Origin: Octopus bimaculoides
Taxonomy: Eukaryota
NCBI RefSeq assembly: GCF_001194135.2
Contig: NC_068998.1
Coordinates: forward strand, 38,322,732-38,386,731
Direction: 5' to 3'
Length of the DNA: 64,000 bases
Within the stretch, counting starts at the first letter, position 1; every line of letters begins with the position of its first letter. The translations under genes were made by a program, and so were the position numbers. Shown here one piece after another: positions 37,077 through 50,190 of the stretch. Under the pieces are notes generated by a model that saw only the letters and a program-made list of their open reading frames with translations, searched no databases and was not told where the DNA came from.

Positions 37077-39302
37077 CTAGAATGAACATAGACTGGCACT
37101 GAACCTTCTCGTTATAAAAATAGCAACAATTTGGTAATGTTGGATGGAAGAATGAAAGAAAAATACCAAATGTTGCCTTCATCAATAAACAAAACCCAAC
37201 TGGGTATAATGTAGTGTTATTTATGCCTAACAAATGAGAGCAGGGATCTTAATTTTTTTGAGGAAATTTATTCCAAGCATATTTAAAATGGTTTTAAAAA
37301 AATAGAAATAGACAAATCTACTCTCATACATGGAAAGAAAAATATATAAATTAAGTTAGAGAATTAATGGCATTCGTTCATGGAATAAAAACATTAAATG
37401 AAATTCTTATACCAGATATCTTGATTTTTGTATAGAATAGAATTTGTAACAATTTTGGATGTTAGCATTTAAAATGCTGAAATTCAAAACTATTTCAAAT
37501 TTTAAGAAATTTGTTGCTAAATTATTGACAGTTTCAACATAAAATTAGATTATTTTTGATAGAGAGAAGAATGAAAAAGAGAAGAAAGATACAAAACTGT
37601 AGAATGAAAGGTAGGCTGTGTTGTTACACATACATTCATGGGAATACATTAAATGGGAAAACTGAAGAAAACCAGTTGGAAACATGTTTTTTTTTTGTTT
37701 GTTTTTTTTTTTTTCTTGAGTGTGTATGTAATTGGGAGTTTCAGATAAAAAAAAAAAAGTTTCTAATACCAACTTTGAGAATATCTTATTGCTACATAAA
37801 ATTATAACAATTTTTTGTGCAATTATAGATCATAATGTTTCTGAACTCGGTCAATTTTTGTCTTTTGTCCCTCAGAAGGTTGGTAAAATAAATATGAAAT
37901 TATATAATAAAACTGTATTCCCTCCCCACCATAAACTGTGTGCTTTCTGCTTAGGCAAGGTATTATGAAATATATTAAAACCATTGTTTATGTTAATGTG
38001 TGTGTATGCAAAGAATCCCTAACTGTGTGTTGCATTACTATACTGTTTCCAGAAACATTTGATTTGGTGAAGCAATATTGAAGAATATCCAATCAGGAAA
38101 AAGTTCAGGGACTTCTGACATTCAAAACAAATAAGTATTCACTAAAGACAACACCTACCTCAAAATAAAATAATATATTTCACAGTATTAACTTCAATGA
38201 AGTAAAATCCCTATATGCATTTTCATCCCATATCACCTCTTCCATAATGCCAAATTCTGTCCTAATTACTTCTTGCTAAATTATCTCGCCTTACTACTAC
38301 CACAAATAACATCCACAAACGCAAATACTTTTTCATTCAAACAACATGTCTTAAAGCATGGACATCAACTAATGTTTTCTAATAATCCATGTAATTTACT
38401 TGAGCATACAAATGCTGCATATCTAGCAGACCACATTGTTTCATTTCCAGTTATTGCTGATCTTGTATTTCGATTGCAATAGACCATAACACTTGCTTGC
38501 TACAGACACTTCATATAATCTACCATCTGGTCAGAGAGAGAAAGCAGACATCTCAGAGTATTTTTTTGTATATCTTCAAACCTTTAGTATATAGCCACCA
38601 TGCTATCAAAGCACCACAGCCAATGTTGATTATTGTCGTTTATATAGAGCTTCATAGTCTGCAGTTTTTGATTGCTTGTGCTGTAAGTTATTCCAACGTA
38701 ACTGATGTATTATCAGTTTTGATTTTTCAGGCAATCTAATTTAGTGCACGAGTACAATTTTATAACCAGTCCATATGATTCAATATTTTCAAAATATTGA
38801 AGATAGAACTTCAGCTTTTTTTGTTTTGTTTTTTTTTTAGCAGAGATCCATCCTGAACTTATGAGAATTTCCAAATAATTTCATCATATATGGCATAGCT
38901 AGCGTAGTCCTACCGAAAGGTACTGATAAAACAAAGCATTTAATCAATACTCAACAACTGGTTGAAGTTACTTAACATAAACTGTATGGATTTAATAATA
39001 TAGCCAAACACACACTAGCACACTTTTAGGGGGGGCTAAACTAGTAAAATTAAAAATCTATTGTTACAATTATAACAGGTTATAGTTGAGTACAAAAAGC
39101 AGCATTAAGTTTCAATTGTAAGATGTGTATTTTGTGCTTGAAGGTAAAAAGCCGGTGCCTCAGAATCTCACAATGTAATGACTGAATTAATTGAGAATGA
39201 AGTATTAATAGAATAATTATGATGCAAAAATTCACACAAAAAGTCAAGAGCAAATTTACTTTAAGGAAAAAAAAAAGCAAGAGATTGGATTAAGATGTTA
39301 TT

Positions 39303-39304
<2 letters not shown>

Positions 39305-39342
<38 letters not shown>

Positions 39343-39438
39343 TGTGTATGCATGAGTGTGTATATATACATAAAAAAAAAATATATATATATACATACAC
39401 ACACACACATACATAGATACATACACACAGATATATAT

Positions 39439-39470
<32 letters not shown>
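39305..39470. repeat. (TG)n/(TA)n/(CA)n compound array
   Basis: Direct reading. Confidence 0.95.
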
Positions 39471-39471
<1 letters not shown>

Positions 39472-39628
39472 AAACTCACACTGAAGATTTTCCTGTGTTT
39501 TAAAACATGAAGCATTCAAAACTCATAAAGAGAAAAATCTTCCAACAAATCACAGTGAAATCATGGTAACAATCAAGGAAGCATGAAAAAAAAAAAAAAA
39601 CCTATAAATGCAAAAGAGTACCACCAAC

Positions 39629-39807
39629 CTTTTTCTTCTTTTCTGGTGGTTCATCGGAAGACATTACATTTCCTGATGAACTTGAATTCACCATTGGTGG
39701 GATGCTGTATGTTGAAAGTAGATCTGGTTGGCTATCGTTACTCATAGACTCCACAACACTGGCAACAGGAGCTGTAATGGCCTGAGTGACCATTGTGGCG
39801 GTGTTTC
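39629..39807 (-). CDS. ARID1: ARID1 exon, 179 nt, phase 1-0: GNTATMVTQAITAPVASVVESMSNDSQPDLLSTYSIPPMVNSSSSGNVMSSDEPPEKKKK
   Basis: Acceptor tttcttttgcttcttcag|GA and donor AAG|gttggt. Overlaps ORF 39602..39793; ends in a basic cluster like vertebrate ESKSK. Confidence 0.87.
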
Positions 39808-42472
39808 CTGAAGAAGCAAAAGAAACCCAAACACTGAGGTCTTCCTAGTAACTCAAAAATATACATTTATAATAACACAGTCCAACATTTTAAACTTAGT
39901 AGCTCAGTTTCATTTAAGCTCCAGATATATAAAATACACTGAGTTTATGTAAATTAATCAAATAAATACAAATTAACCTGTAAGATAAAAAAAATATTAA
40001 ATCAAGCAAATGTGAAGAACCTAGTTTGATGTGCCTATTAAAAAATATAAAAAGATTTATAATCACATGACAACTGACATTAGCTATATTATAACCAAAA
40101 ACAAAAATAATACAAGCTATTTTGATTCCTAAAACTTATTTCACAAGTTCCTTAAAAACTTAAATTTTGGATTCACAAACACATCGACGTGTTATTTGCA
40201 TATGAAATGTGACACCTAAAAAACGATAGGGGCTACAACTTTGTTCTGATGTTCATTCATCTGTGTAGCCCTTTCATGTCATTTATATTGTTAATGTGTG
40301 CCCCATTTCCTCCTTACTGTGGACTTGTATATAAGGATTGTATTTCATATATAAGAATTCAAAATACATGTAGCTAATGCTCAATTAAATATCATAAATT
40401 TAAAGCTGGTATTTATATCAATAAAAAATAAAAAGGACTAAGCAAAATCAGGAGTCTTTCTTTTTAATAAAAGCCTTTTTAATTTCTAACAATTAATTAA
40501 CCTACCAAAGAACTGATTGGAACTTAAACTTCGTAAGATAGAAGATTCTGCATTAAATTGGCAGTAAACAATTTCACTTCAACTAAGGGCCAAGTTTCAA
40601 AGAAATCACAGAAGCAGCAGAACACATTGGTCTTATTTAAACAGCAGTGATTTAAACCATATCTAATGTAATAGCACCAGCTACTTTGAGCAATTTTGCT
40701 AAGTGAATTTCTTCTGAAACAAGAGACTAACTGTCGATTCCAAGGTGGGGAACTTATGAGTGAATGAACACCAAACAACAACTCAATCAGTAATGCTGAA
40801 ATCTCAATGAAGTCAATATTCATTAATACAGTTTTGATTTTAAGTTTACAAGAAAATATTTTTAAAAAATGAATTAATAAAGATAAATTATGAATAAAAA
40901 CAAGATTATTGAAAAGCTATTCTAATAGCCGAGTGGACAATAATAAATAATGTTTTGTTAGAAGTTAAAAACAAAGTTGAATGAGACTTTATTTCAAATA
41001 TAATTTTCTAATTAAATATTCTACCAATATGTGAAATTATACTACAAAGAGAAAATAAATTGAATGAAGAGTGTTTCATTTCATATCTTCAGATATTAAT
41101 GAAAATAAAGATAGAAAGTTAATTAAATAATTAGTATTCAAGATGGCAAAAACATTTTGTTGAAAGTTATTGTGGAAAATATGTCTTTTGCCTATATTAA
41201 AATAGTTGAGAACAAAATATTAGTTATTAAAATAATTCCAAACTTACAACAGATCCACGATAAAATTTTTTTTAAAAAACTAACAATCTCACATAACTTT
41301 CTTTACTTTTAATATTTTAAGTAACAAACAAGCTGTTTTTTTTTTGTTTTTTTTTTTTGTTCTCCTCAGAATCAATTAGCAGTGAACTATCTTACTAGAG
41401 AGCACTAAAAGATAAATAATCTTAAAGGCTGCAGGAAACACTGAAAATATATAAGGAATCAGAATTTTTAATCCAACTTTTAATTTATTCTCTAGTTTTC
41501 TTCTTCGATAGAATAACACTGAAGCAATGTAGATTATGTCACAGAAATAACAAATGGTTGGACATAAAATATGATTGTTGTAAATTTATTCTCTGAATTT
41601 TTGTAAATAGTTACAATGTTTAAGTGAACTGAGCCATTTCCAACAGAAGAGATTTAGAAGGCATTATAGAGAAGGTGCTCATTATTAATGGAATTCGATA
41701 AAATAAATATTCCTTGTCAGCTTCAGTATAAAAAGATACACTAAAATGCTTCAATTTGAGAAGAAATTACACATTATGGTAGAATAATAAAGCTAGATTA
41801 ATAATTCTTTTAATAAAATTTATACAAACAAAATACGAAAACAAATACAATAATGTTCTTTGAATACAAAGAAAAACACAACATAGTGACAAAATGTAGA
41901 GAAACAAAATAGAATACAAAATAAAATTGCAGGTCACATTTAAAGTGACAGCTCATTCCACTGAACAACATAGACAGTTCCTAGAAATCAGGAAAGTTAC
42001 AAGGGGTTTCTAAACTATTTTCCCAGCTATTGAGTCTTAACTATTGCTCAAAAGGCACAAAATAACTCAAAACAGAACTAGACAACAACATTCCATGCAC
42101 CAATCATTAGAAGAAAAAAATTTTAAAAAAACAGACTAGTCTAAGGAAGAATGGAAAACATTCAGTAAGCAACTCTGAGTTATGTATTAATGCACACACA
42201 TAACTGAAGTTTATAAACAAAAATGAAAATAAAAAACATCCAAAGACACAAAAAAAAAAGCAAAGCAAGACATGTTCTCATTGTAGTGATTTTTCTCTGT
42301 TGTCAATGTGAAAATGTTACGTTTTCTGCCAGAGAATAACTCAAAGGGATCAAATAAACTAAGAATTTGTCAATGGAAAAATAAAATAAAATGGGCAAGA
42401 AGAGTCAAAGAGAGGCTAGACTAACAGAAGCAAAAAGCTGTGCTGAAGAGACAAGACCAAAGCATTGGTTAC

Positions 42473-43660
42473 CTGCACTAGAATTTGCAGTAGAAGTGGT
42501 TGTGTTGTGACTGTCTTCTAAGGATAAATTATTTGAACTAGGAGCCTGGCTGCTCACGCACACATGTTGGCTGACAGGCACTGAGGAGGAAGTAGCTGGG
42601 CCAGCAGCAGAACTATGGCGAGTTGACATGGAACTTGAAACAGTTGGTCCAACAACACCAGATGAATCTAGACTACCAGGTGGGATGATGCGACTGCCAT
42701 CACTGTTACATTCACTGTTCTCGTCAACAGCTTTGCCTTCCTCTGTGCTATCACCTTGGGTTGGGATTCCAATGCCGTCCATACCCGAGTTGGCTGTCGG
42801 TGGAATCATCGCACTAAAACTGCTGGCACAGTTACTTGGTAAACATCCTTCTTTAGACAAGGAAGAGGGAGTTTGTTTCATTGGATCCAATGTTCGATTG
42901 GAATTAGCACTAGTGGTGTTGCTACTGTGTGTGCTGCTGGTTGAGGGACTAGTTGGGCTACAAGAATTTGATTGTTGAGTCATAGAATTAGGCACTGTTG
43001 TTTGAGACACTGAAGAAGGAAACTGACCAGATGAACTAGGAATATTGTTGATGGCAGAAGAGAAGTTCATTGATCCAATGTGACTGGATGAAGGACCAGC
43101 AGGTGCCATTCCTGGAGGATACATTCTGGCTGGCTGATTAGATGATCCTGTCCGTAACTGATGACAACGAGTGGCAGCAGCAGTATTAGCAGCAGCTATC
43201 ATAGCTGCCTGCGCTGCTGCATGTGCACCTTTAACTCCAGGTACAATAGGTGGTGTTACACACTGGCCACTTGGTGACATGGTCATGGTGTTGGCACCTC
43301 CGGTTGAAGGGTGGGGTGGGTGAGGATGCGAGGGAAGAGGTGATGCTTGTTGCTGCTGCTGCTGCTGCATGGAATTCATCGAATGGTTTGGCATATTGGA
43401 GCAGGGTCCTCCATGAACATTTGGTCCTCCGGAAACTGCAGTACTACTATGACTGTTAAAATTACTACATTGTGAGTTCATATTGCCAGATTGTGGGTAG
43501 CTTGCACTATTGTAGTTAGCTGAGGACATATTTCTATTGATGGGCATACTACTATACAAAGATCCTCCAGATAACGAACTCATTTGGTTGGGTCCATTGT
43601 ACACATTTTGCTGGGGATAATTCTGCATCCCTGCAGGGTTCTGTTGTCGATGGAAACTTC
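42473..43660 (-). CDS. ARID1: ARID1 exon, 1188 nt, phase 1-1: GSFHRQQNP...QQQQQQQ...KGAHAAAQAAMIAAANTAA...TANSSA
   Basis: Lies within ORF 42405..43733. Acceptor cctttgcttctag|GA and donor GCAG|gtaacc. Contains a motif like ARID1B KAQEAAAAVMQAAANSA (recalled) and a 7-Gln tract. Confidence 0.92.
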
Positions 43661-46012
43661 CTAGAAGCAAAGGAAAGAGTGTGTCAAAGGTAAAAGCAAA
43701 TCTAAAGCAGATCACCGACTGAGGAAGAAGCAAAAATGAAAAATTATTATAGAACTACTGTTAGATGGGAAAGAAAAGAAAGAAAGGAAAAAGACCCACC
43801 CACCCAACCACTATTAATGGGTACATTTGGCTAAATCCTATATCATTTCAAAACAGACTGAGAAACTTCTTTTAAAAAAAGGTAAATCTAAATATCTATC
43901 TTGATACTTCTCAATTTTACTTTATAATCACAAGTCAAATGGCATGGTTAATGTCTTATCTCAGTAACATCCTCAAAGTAATTTTAGATGTTAAATATAG
44001 TTAAATCATTTCACAAACAGACTGAAAATAAATTTTGTAAAATCTTTGACAAGTCATTGTAACAGCAGCTGATATTACATTCATCTACAATAAAGAATTG
44101 TTTTCTTGTATGATGTAAAATGTTTTTGTTGCTTTTATCCCAAGTAAAATATAGAATAACTTGTATAACATGTACACAATTAGCAGTTGGTACTGTATGC
44201 AATTTGGTATAGCAGCATACCAGACTATAAAGATCCATGTTCTCCAATATGCAAATGGCTGCCGTCAATGAAAACTGGCTGCATAGGATAATCTGATTGT
44301 AAACCAGATCTAATCAGACTGTCACTTTCAAATGAGTGCAAATAATCAACTTGCTAAATTCTAGAAAGACATCAAATTTTCATAACAGAACAACCAATTC
44401 CAATGTGACAACTGAATAAATCAAAAAGAAAAAGAAGAAAAATATATTTTCTGGAAACTATCAAAGGAAAATTTAAACCTACAAGTGGAAATTATTAACT
44501 ACAAAGTAATTAGCTAATTGGAAAATAATTTCAAACGTACATTACTCACTAGAAAAATTGAAATTCTAAGGTTTGATTTAACAAAGTAATGAGAGAGAAA
44601 ACTGTATAAGACAACGCCTAATATGTCAAACAAAGAAAAGAAACTTATAAACTGTTTCAGAAAATTAGTCATCTAATTTCGAAATATAAATATCCAATAG
44701 AAGAAAACAGTTACCACAATAAAGGATAAATATAAAGTATTAAATGATGTATAAATATTTGCATAATTTAAGAAGACTCAAACAAGAATAGCACTGCTTA
44801 ATTTGTCTAATTTCTTTTGATAATACTTTATATACTGCTAGAGAGAAAAGAAAGAGAGAGAGAGAGAGAGAAGGAAAGAAGTGATAGTGATTGAAGAGAG
44901 AGAGAGAGAGTAGGAAAGAACATCAATACTGAGCGGGTGCAATCTAAGATATTAACATGTGCTGCAGAGGACATTAATGCAAAAATGGTAAAGAATGAGA
45001 GCTGCAAATACACTTTCAGATTATAGGAAAACAAGTTCAGCATAAAGCTGGATAATATTGGCCCAAAGCTATTCCCCTTATGGTGACTTGGAATTCAGGG
45101 AAGAAAAGAAACACTTCTCAAATGACTTGTGAAATTATATTGCTAAACAAAGAATTATATATTAACAATTTCGATAGATTAAACTCTAAAGACACACTAA
45201 GCATATGAGGCACAAGGAAATTTATAAGGATCATTAAATAAAAATAAATTAGGAAAAATGAAACCAAATACTTAAATCTATAATATGAAAAAACAAAAAA
45301 AGCTTATTAGCTAAAAAAAAAAAAAAAAAAAAAATCAAAAGAAAAAAAACAATTTTTTTTAAATTTAGGATTTACACAATAACAGATTCAAGGTATCTTC
45401 AACAAAACAAGACATGAAAATAAATATCAATGTTTATTTAATACCATATAAGTATTTCAAACAAAAATTAAATCTTAGGTTAAGAAAAAAAGAAAAATGA
45501 AAGGAAATAAAAACATAATTTAATAATTTCATGCTATAACAAAAAAAAAATCAAAATAAAATAAAACAAAATGGAAATCTCAACTTAAGAAAATGAAACA
45601 AAGATGAAATAGATGTTAATGTTCACTCCATGCAATTAAACCAGCCAAAAGAGAAAGGAGTGAGGAATAAGTAGAAATGATGTTAGGCATGCCTTCACCA
45701 AAGTTGGCAGCATTGTTCAAACACACCCAACACAAAAAAAAAAAAAAAAAAAGGAAACGAAAAAACTATCAGTAAGGGGGCAGATATTCCAATACAACAA
45801 CTGCTGCCCTCTTGGGCCATTTAGAGCTTCTCAACCACTACCAAGGGAAAGGAAGGTGTAAACAAAAATAAAATATCACCCACTAACTGGAAATAAACCC
45901 TTCTGCTCAAATGCTTTCTCATATTAGCAATGTTACATCATTTAAAGTCAGTTGAAAACAAACATTATTTGGCAGACTTAAGAAACTACAGAACTGAACT
46001 TTATTTACTCAC

Positions 46013-46159
46013 CAGGAAATTGGGAATTGTACTGGCTAAAGTGACCTCCCATCTGAGAAACTGAGGCAGCCACAGCATTCATCCCTGCCATTGGTTTATT
46101 GGCTGTGTTGTACATCTGATTGGGGCCAACTGGAGGAGGCATAATATGCTGACCGAAGC
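46013..46159 (-). CDS. ARID1: ARID1 exon, 147 nt, phase 1-1: GFGQHIMPPPVGPNQMYNTANKPMAGMNAVAASVSQMGGHFSQYNSQFP
   Basis: Acceptor caattttcttag|GC and donor CCTG|gtgagt. Open frame in the required phase; composition typical of the ARID1 disordered region. Confidence 0.88.
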
Positions 46160-46644
46160 CTAAGAAAATTGCAGACACTCAAGCATTAACTTTTCGATGA
46201 TGCTAAACATCCTATTTTCATCAAGATACGTGAATTTAAAAAGAAATATTTAAAAAAATGGAAGAAAAGAAAAAATAAGTAGAGGTGGCCAAGACATTGA
46301 TTCTGGCAGAGAGAAGGAATTACATAGCCAGCTCTAGATCATCAAGGTAAATTGGGGAAGATGTTTAAAAGTTAAGAATAATAGGTTTAATATCTGAAAC
46401 TACCCCTCTATCATAAGACTGAGCACATGAAATCTTCAGTAACTTTCCACCTACTTCAGTTAGATTTAACAATGCATATCTTAAATTATTAAAACATGAG
46501 ACGCAAAAAGCCTAGTTGAAAGTTTTGAAGAATTATAATTAGAATGGATGAATATTAATTATAAAATGAAGTAAGTAGAATTAAAAATATAAACCATTCA
46601 AACCATAATGTAACCATTATATATAACATCAAGCAAGTTGTTGT

Positions 46645-46664
46645 TAGTAGTAGTAGTAGTAGTG

Positions 46665-46702
<38 letters not shown>
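46645..46702. repeat. (AGT)n microsatellite
   Basis: Direct reading. Confidence 0.95.
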
Positions 46703-47115
46703 CTAAATATCAAACATAATTTGACAATCTTCTTGATTTACATATAAAATCATTTATAAAATAAAAAAGTAACATTACTACGGAAAAAAAAAAGTCTTAA
46801 TTCTTATCATGCATTTTTAGGGTTCTCTTGCAAATTAATAAAGGAGTTTGTGTAGATTTGTTTAGGTTAATTTATCCTCTAATAGCTAGAGAAGATTAGG
46901 ACTAGAATTATAGTCGGTTGAGGGAGGTGGTTCCAAAATTACAATATCATTCAACAGTACAAAAAAAGATCCAAAATTTAACCTCATTTTTCTTGTCTCT
47001 CTAAGACATTTTGATAGAATGTTTAGATGCTCTCTATTTATGGATATTCCTCAAAAATATCTTCTGATGGGACATACTATTTCAACACTTTCAACAGTAA
47101 ATAACTTCAATTCCA

Positions 47116-47628
47116 TTAATCCTTTAGCATTTAAATGAGCCATATCTGGCCTGGCACACCTACCCAACAATGTCATTCTAAGAATAAACAATAGCATCAT
47201 TAAAATCTCAAAGTTACAAGATAATGCAAATAAGCAATACATTTGGCAGTGAAGGTACATGGCTCAGTAGTAAGAGTGTCAGGCTCACAATCATGAGGTA
47301 GTGAGTTTGATTCCCGGTCTAAGATGTTGTGTTCTTGAACAAGACACTTTATTTCACATTGCGCCAGTTCACTCAGCTGGCAAAAATGAGTTGAGAAGTC
47401 ACTGGTGTCAAGCTGTATCGGCTTTTACCTTTCCTTTGTGCAACATTGGTGGCGCGAAGAGGGAAGACTGGTATACACGGGCAACTGCTGGTCTTCCACA
47501 AACCACCTTGACCGTACTTGTGTCTCAGAAGGTAACTTTTTAGATGCAATCCCATGGTCATTCATGACTGAAGGGGGTCATTACCCTTTTTTACATTTGA
47601 TAGAGTAATATGACTGCTAAAGAGTTAA
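47116..47628. mobile_element. MITE interrupted by the family B SINE
   Basis: Left ttaatcctttagcatt and right tgctaaagagttaa; the two halves are collinear with the 51851-52071 copy. Confidence 0.75.
47250..47591 (+). mobile_element. tRNA-derived SINE, family B, with target-site duplication
   Basis: A box TGGCTCAGTAGTAAG, B box GAGTTTGATTCCC, core GTTGTGTTCTTGAACAAGACACTT; flanked by TACATTTGGCAG and TACATTTGATAG. Confidence 0.8.
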
Positions 47629-47754
47629 ACGTGAGCAGCACCCAACTAGAGACTACATAACTGTTTCAAATATGAAGATTTCTTAGGGCAAACATACCAA
47701 CAGAGCAAGGACTGCATTTCGAAAACTGGCTTTTTTTTTTTAGGGATAAAAAAT

Positions 47755-48180
47755 AGTTTAGACCCCACTCGATAGTTTACTGGCAATTTACAAAGCTCAG
47801 GTTAATCCCCGCAATGGAATACTGCTCCTGCATCTGGGTCAGTGTTTCTGCCAAGCAGACAGACAGACATTCTAGACTGAACCCAGAAAAAGACCACTTC
47901 GATCAAACAGAACATAAAGTTACTCATAGACATACCCCATTCTTTGATCCAAAACTATGTTGTCTCCTCACCCTGTATCCTTCAGCTGAGTGGTCTAGTG
48001 CTGCCTCCACTTGGATACCCTTGACTGACTCATTTCACGTGTTATCCACTCCTCACTGCCCTGTCCCCACCCTTCGACTATTAAATCCAGTTTTTCCTAC
48101 CCAACACATCAGCTGCTCTCTGGAACTCCCTCCCTGTTCATGTCTTTCTTTTGCAGAGTAAAACCTGCAACAGTCTTATG
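47755..48180 (+). mobile_element. CR1/L2/Jockey-group LINE ORF2 C-terminal fragment
   Basis: LLAIYKAQVNP-MEYCSCIW and LWNSLPVHVF match the typical LY...VRP.LEY...W and LWNSLP motifs; frameshifted. Confidence 0.75.
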
Positions 48181-49048
48181 TAAAATGCTCATAATATCAA
48201 TCTTGACAGCCTTGAAGAGCCAGTGAAAACCATCCATCATCCCCCATCCCCCAAAAATCAATAAATGGGTTTGAAATTAACACCTTGATTATAATTGTGA
48301 GAATTCAATTCTCTCAGGCATAATGCAAGTATGCGAGAGAGGTTGGGAGTATTTGAACTCTGCATTCAAAATTAAACACAATCCCAAATAATGACCGTGT
48401 AGTAAGAGGTCACCTAAAAATTGCTGGAAAAGGCACTGATCTAATTGGTGCACAGGTTAATTAGGGAACTTGGTGCTTTACAGCTTTGATTGAATGCTTA
48501 ACATAATCCCTAAATAATCAAGGTATGCTCTGTTTAGAAGCAGAGCTAAATTGCTGAATTTATCTAGTATGTACTACATATGATAGTTGATCTAATAAGA
48601 CAAGTTATAGATTATTGTGGCCTTTTGCTCTTACAATTACACAAATACTCTGGCATAAGATGGGATATGCAAAATTCATACAGAATTACCAATGTGGAAG
48701 TTCTCAAAATTAAGAAAATGAAAATAATAAAATCTTTCAGTAATGTCAAATTGAAATACAAGTGGTGCTGAGCAGGGTACATTAGAGACTAAAATGTGCA
48801 AAATCAAAATAGCCAGATGATATGCAGTATTGCTTGATGCTCTTGTTATTAATCAGAGAGTAAAACTGGTTAGCAAAATCAAGTTATTATTGTTCATTAC
48901 ATAGGAGACAGGCAGGTAAAAATCAGTTAAGTTTTATAGTTGATTCTTATAAGTTCATGGTTTGAGTTTTGCAAATGTTGAATTAATAGCAATGAATGAA
49001 TGAAACCTGATTTGAGGTCGTATTGAAAACAACTGAGATGAACATTAC

Positions 49049-49141
49049 CTTGACCTGTCATTTGTGACTGGGACATCGAACCTTGTCCATCCAACTGACT
49101 AGAAGGTGGACGAGGGGGCATTGGACTACCAGCTTGGTTTC
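49049..49141 (-). CDS. ARID1: ARID1 exon, 93 nt, phase 1-1: GNQAGSPMPPRPPSSQLDGQGSMSQSQMTGQ
   Basis: Acceptor ttttctcattattgaag|GA and donor CAAG|gtaatg. Matches human ARID1A GNQMPPRPPSGQSD (recalled). Confidence 0.93.
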
Positions 49142-49367
49142 CTTCAATAATGAGAAAAGAAAAATTATGTGTTAATTTATGTGTAAAATGTAAATGATTT
49201 CCAATATCACAACCCCTCCAAACAAAAAGTTAGCTACTTAAAGTGCTGTATGTAATTATAACAAGATGGAACTACCCACCTCAAACATTGGACAGATTAT
49301 CACATTTACAGCCAAAATATTTCCAAGTTATTTGCTATAAATCCATAACCTCAGAGATTTATGAAAT

Positions 49368-49530
49368 CATCATCATCGTTTTAACGTTTGCTTTCCATGC
49401 TGGCATGGGTTGGCTGGTTTGACATGGAGTTGGATAGCAGGGAGCTGTCCAGACTCCAAATGTCAGTTGTGGCATGGTTTCTACAACTGGATGCTCTTCC
49501 TAATGCAAACCACTTAACAATGTGCTGGGA
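49368..49530 (-). mobile_element. RTE 3' end fragment
   Basis: catcatcatcgttttaacg..ttccatgctggcatgggttgg...ctggatgctcttcctaatgcaaacc is the reverse complement of the RTE tail. Confidence 0.8.
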
Positions 49531-50024
49531 AAATATCAACTGCCACTACATTACTTTTATAGTGGTTATCTTCATTAAAGCTCTCTAAGAACCATTTCAC
49601 CACACCTAGATCATACCACAACTCAAGAGTCTGTTCAAAGGTCTTAAATAATACAAAACAGAGTAACTTTATTTTATAAATATGACAGCAATATTTTGCT
49701 TATATTGCTATGCTAGGTAATCCTCCACCCATTTTTCTTTTGCTAGTTGAGAAAGAATGAAATTTTACAATTTTGCATATTTCTGAAGCAATCAACACTT
49801 AATTCTAGAAATCTACATTCATAAGTGAAATATTGAGTCAAAATCTATGCAAATAACAAGACAAAATGAAACAAGAATTGGAGAAAAGAAGGAAGTTAAA
49901 AAACAAGCAATGGAAAAGTTTAAGAAATCAGAGTCAATGAATTAAGAGAAAGAGAAAGAAGTTAAATAAAACAGAGGAGGATTCAGAAAAGAAGAGGTCT
50001 TTTAATAAAATATATATGTTTTAC

Positions 50025-50190
50025 CTGTAACAGATGCTGGAGTATTTGATCGAGATCCAGCTGAGCCAGCAGGTGATGGTGTAACCCGCAAGTTAGAAAC
50101 ACTAGGATGATGGCTCCCTGATGGAGTTGGAGTACCTTGAGATCCTCGTGTATTTTCAGAACTCATTTCATCAAATGTATTGTTACTTTC
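50025..50190 (-). CDS. ARID1: ARID1 exon, 166 nt, phase 0-1: ESNNTFDEMSSENTRGSQGTPTPSGSHHPSVSNLRVTPSPAGSAGSRSNTPASVT
   Basis: Acceptor ttttcctctgtcctcag|GAA and donor ACAG|gtaaaa. Open frame; the SPAGS..SRS motif resembles ARID1A SPVGSPASVAQSRSGP. Not in the supplied ORF track. Confidence 0.9.

Larger units (their letters stand above)
3436..50190 (-). other. ARID1: ARID1/osa (BAF250) gene, internal portion: 13 coding exons; 5' and 3' ends outside the window
   Basis: Exon chain with canonical GT-AG sites and consistent phases (0-1,1-1,1-1,1-1,1-0,0-0,0-0,0-1,1-2,2-1,1-1,1-0,0-1). Encodes an ARID domain of the Osa/ARID1 type plus the conserved MPPRPPS, AAAQAAMIAAAN and FPPDSVEA motifs. Confidence 0.97.

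Noticed and set aside
40228-40273. 10-bp inverted repeat AGGGGCTACA / TGTAGCCCTT, with ATTTGCAT nearby
   Set aside because: Stem too short for a pre-miRNA; such matches are expected by chance in 64 kb.
42628-42978. Plus-strand ORFs overlapping ARID1 exons (also 43250-43459, 30888-31109, 31619-31876, 10834-11097, 18947-19135)
   Set aside because: Antisense shadows of real exons, with no independent signals or recognisable motifs.
43661-43733. ORF-track N-terminus MLLPQSVICFRFAFTFDTLFPLLL, and similar ORF extensions beyond other splice sites
   Set aside because: These are translated intronic pyrimidine tracts; the true exon starts at the AG at 43661-43662.
45821-45860. Acceptor ccttcctttcccttggtag| giving VVEKL*
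   Set aside because: Only about 175 nt from the upstream donor, with no convincing donor or polyA signal downstream.
47250-47330. tRNA-like A/B boxes (also in the heads of SINE families A and C)
   Set aside because: No cloverleaf or anticodon arm can be supported; these continue into SINE bodies, so they are not tRNA genes.
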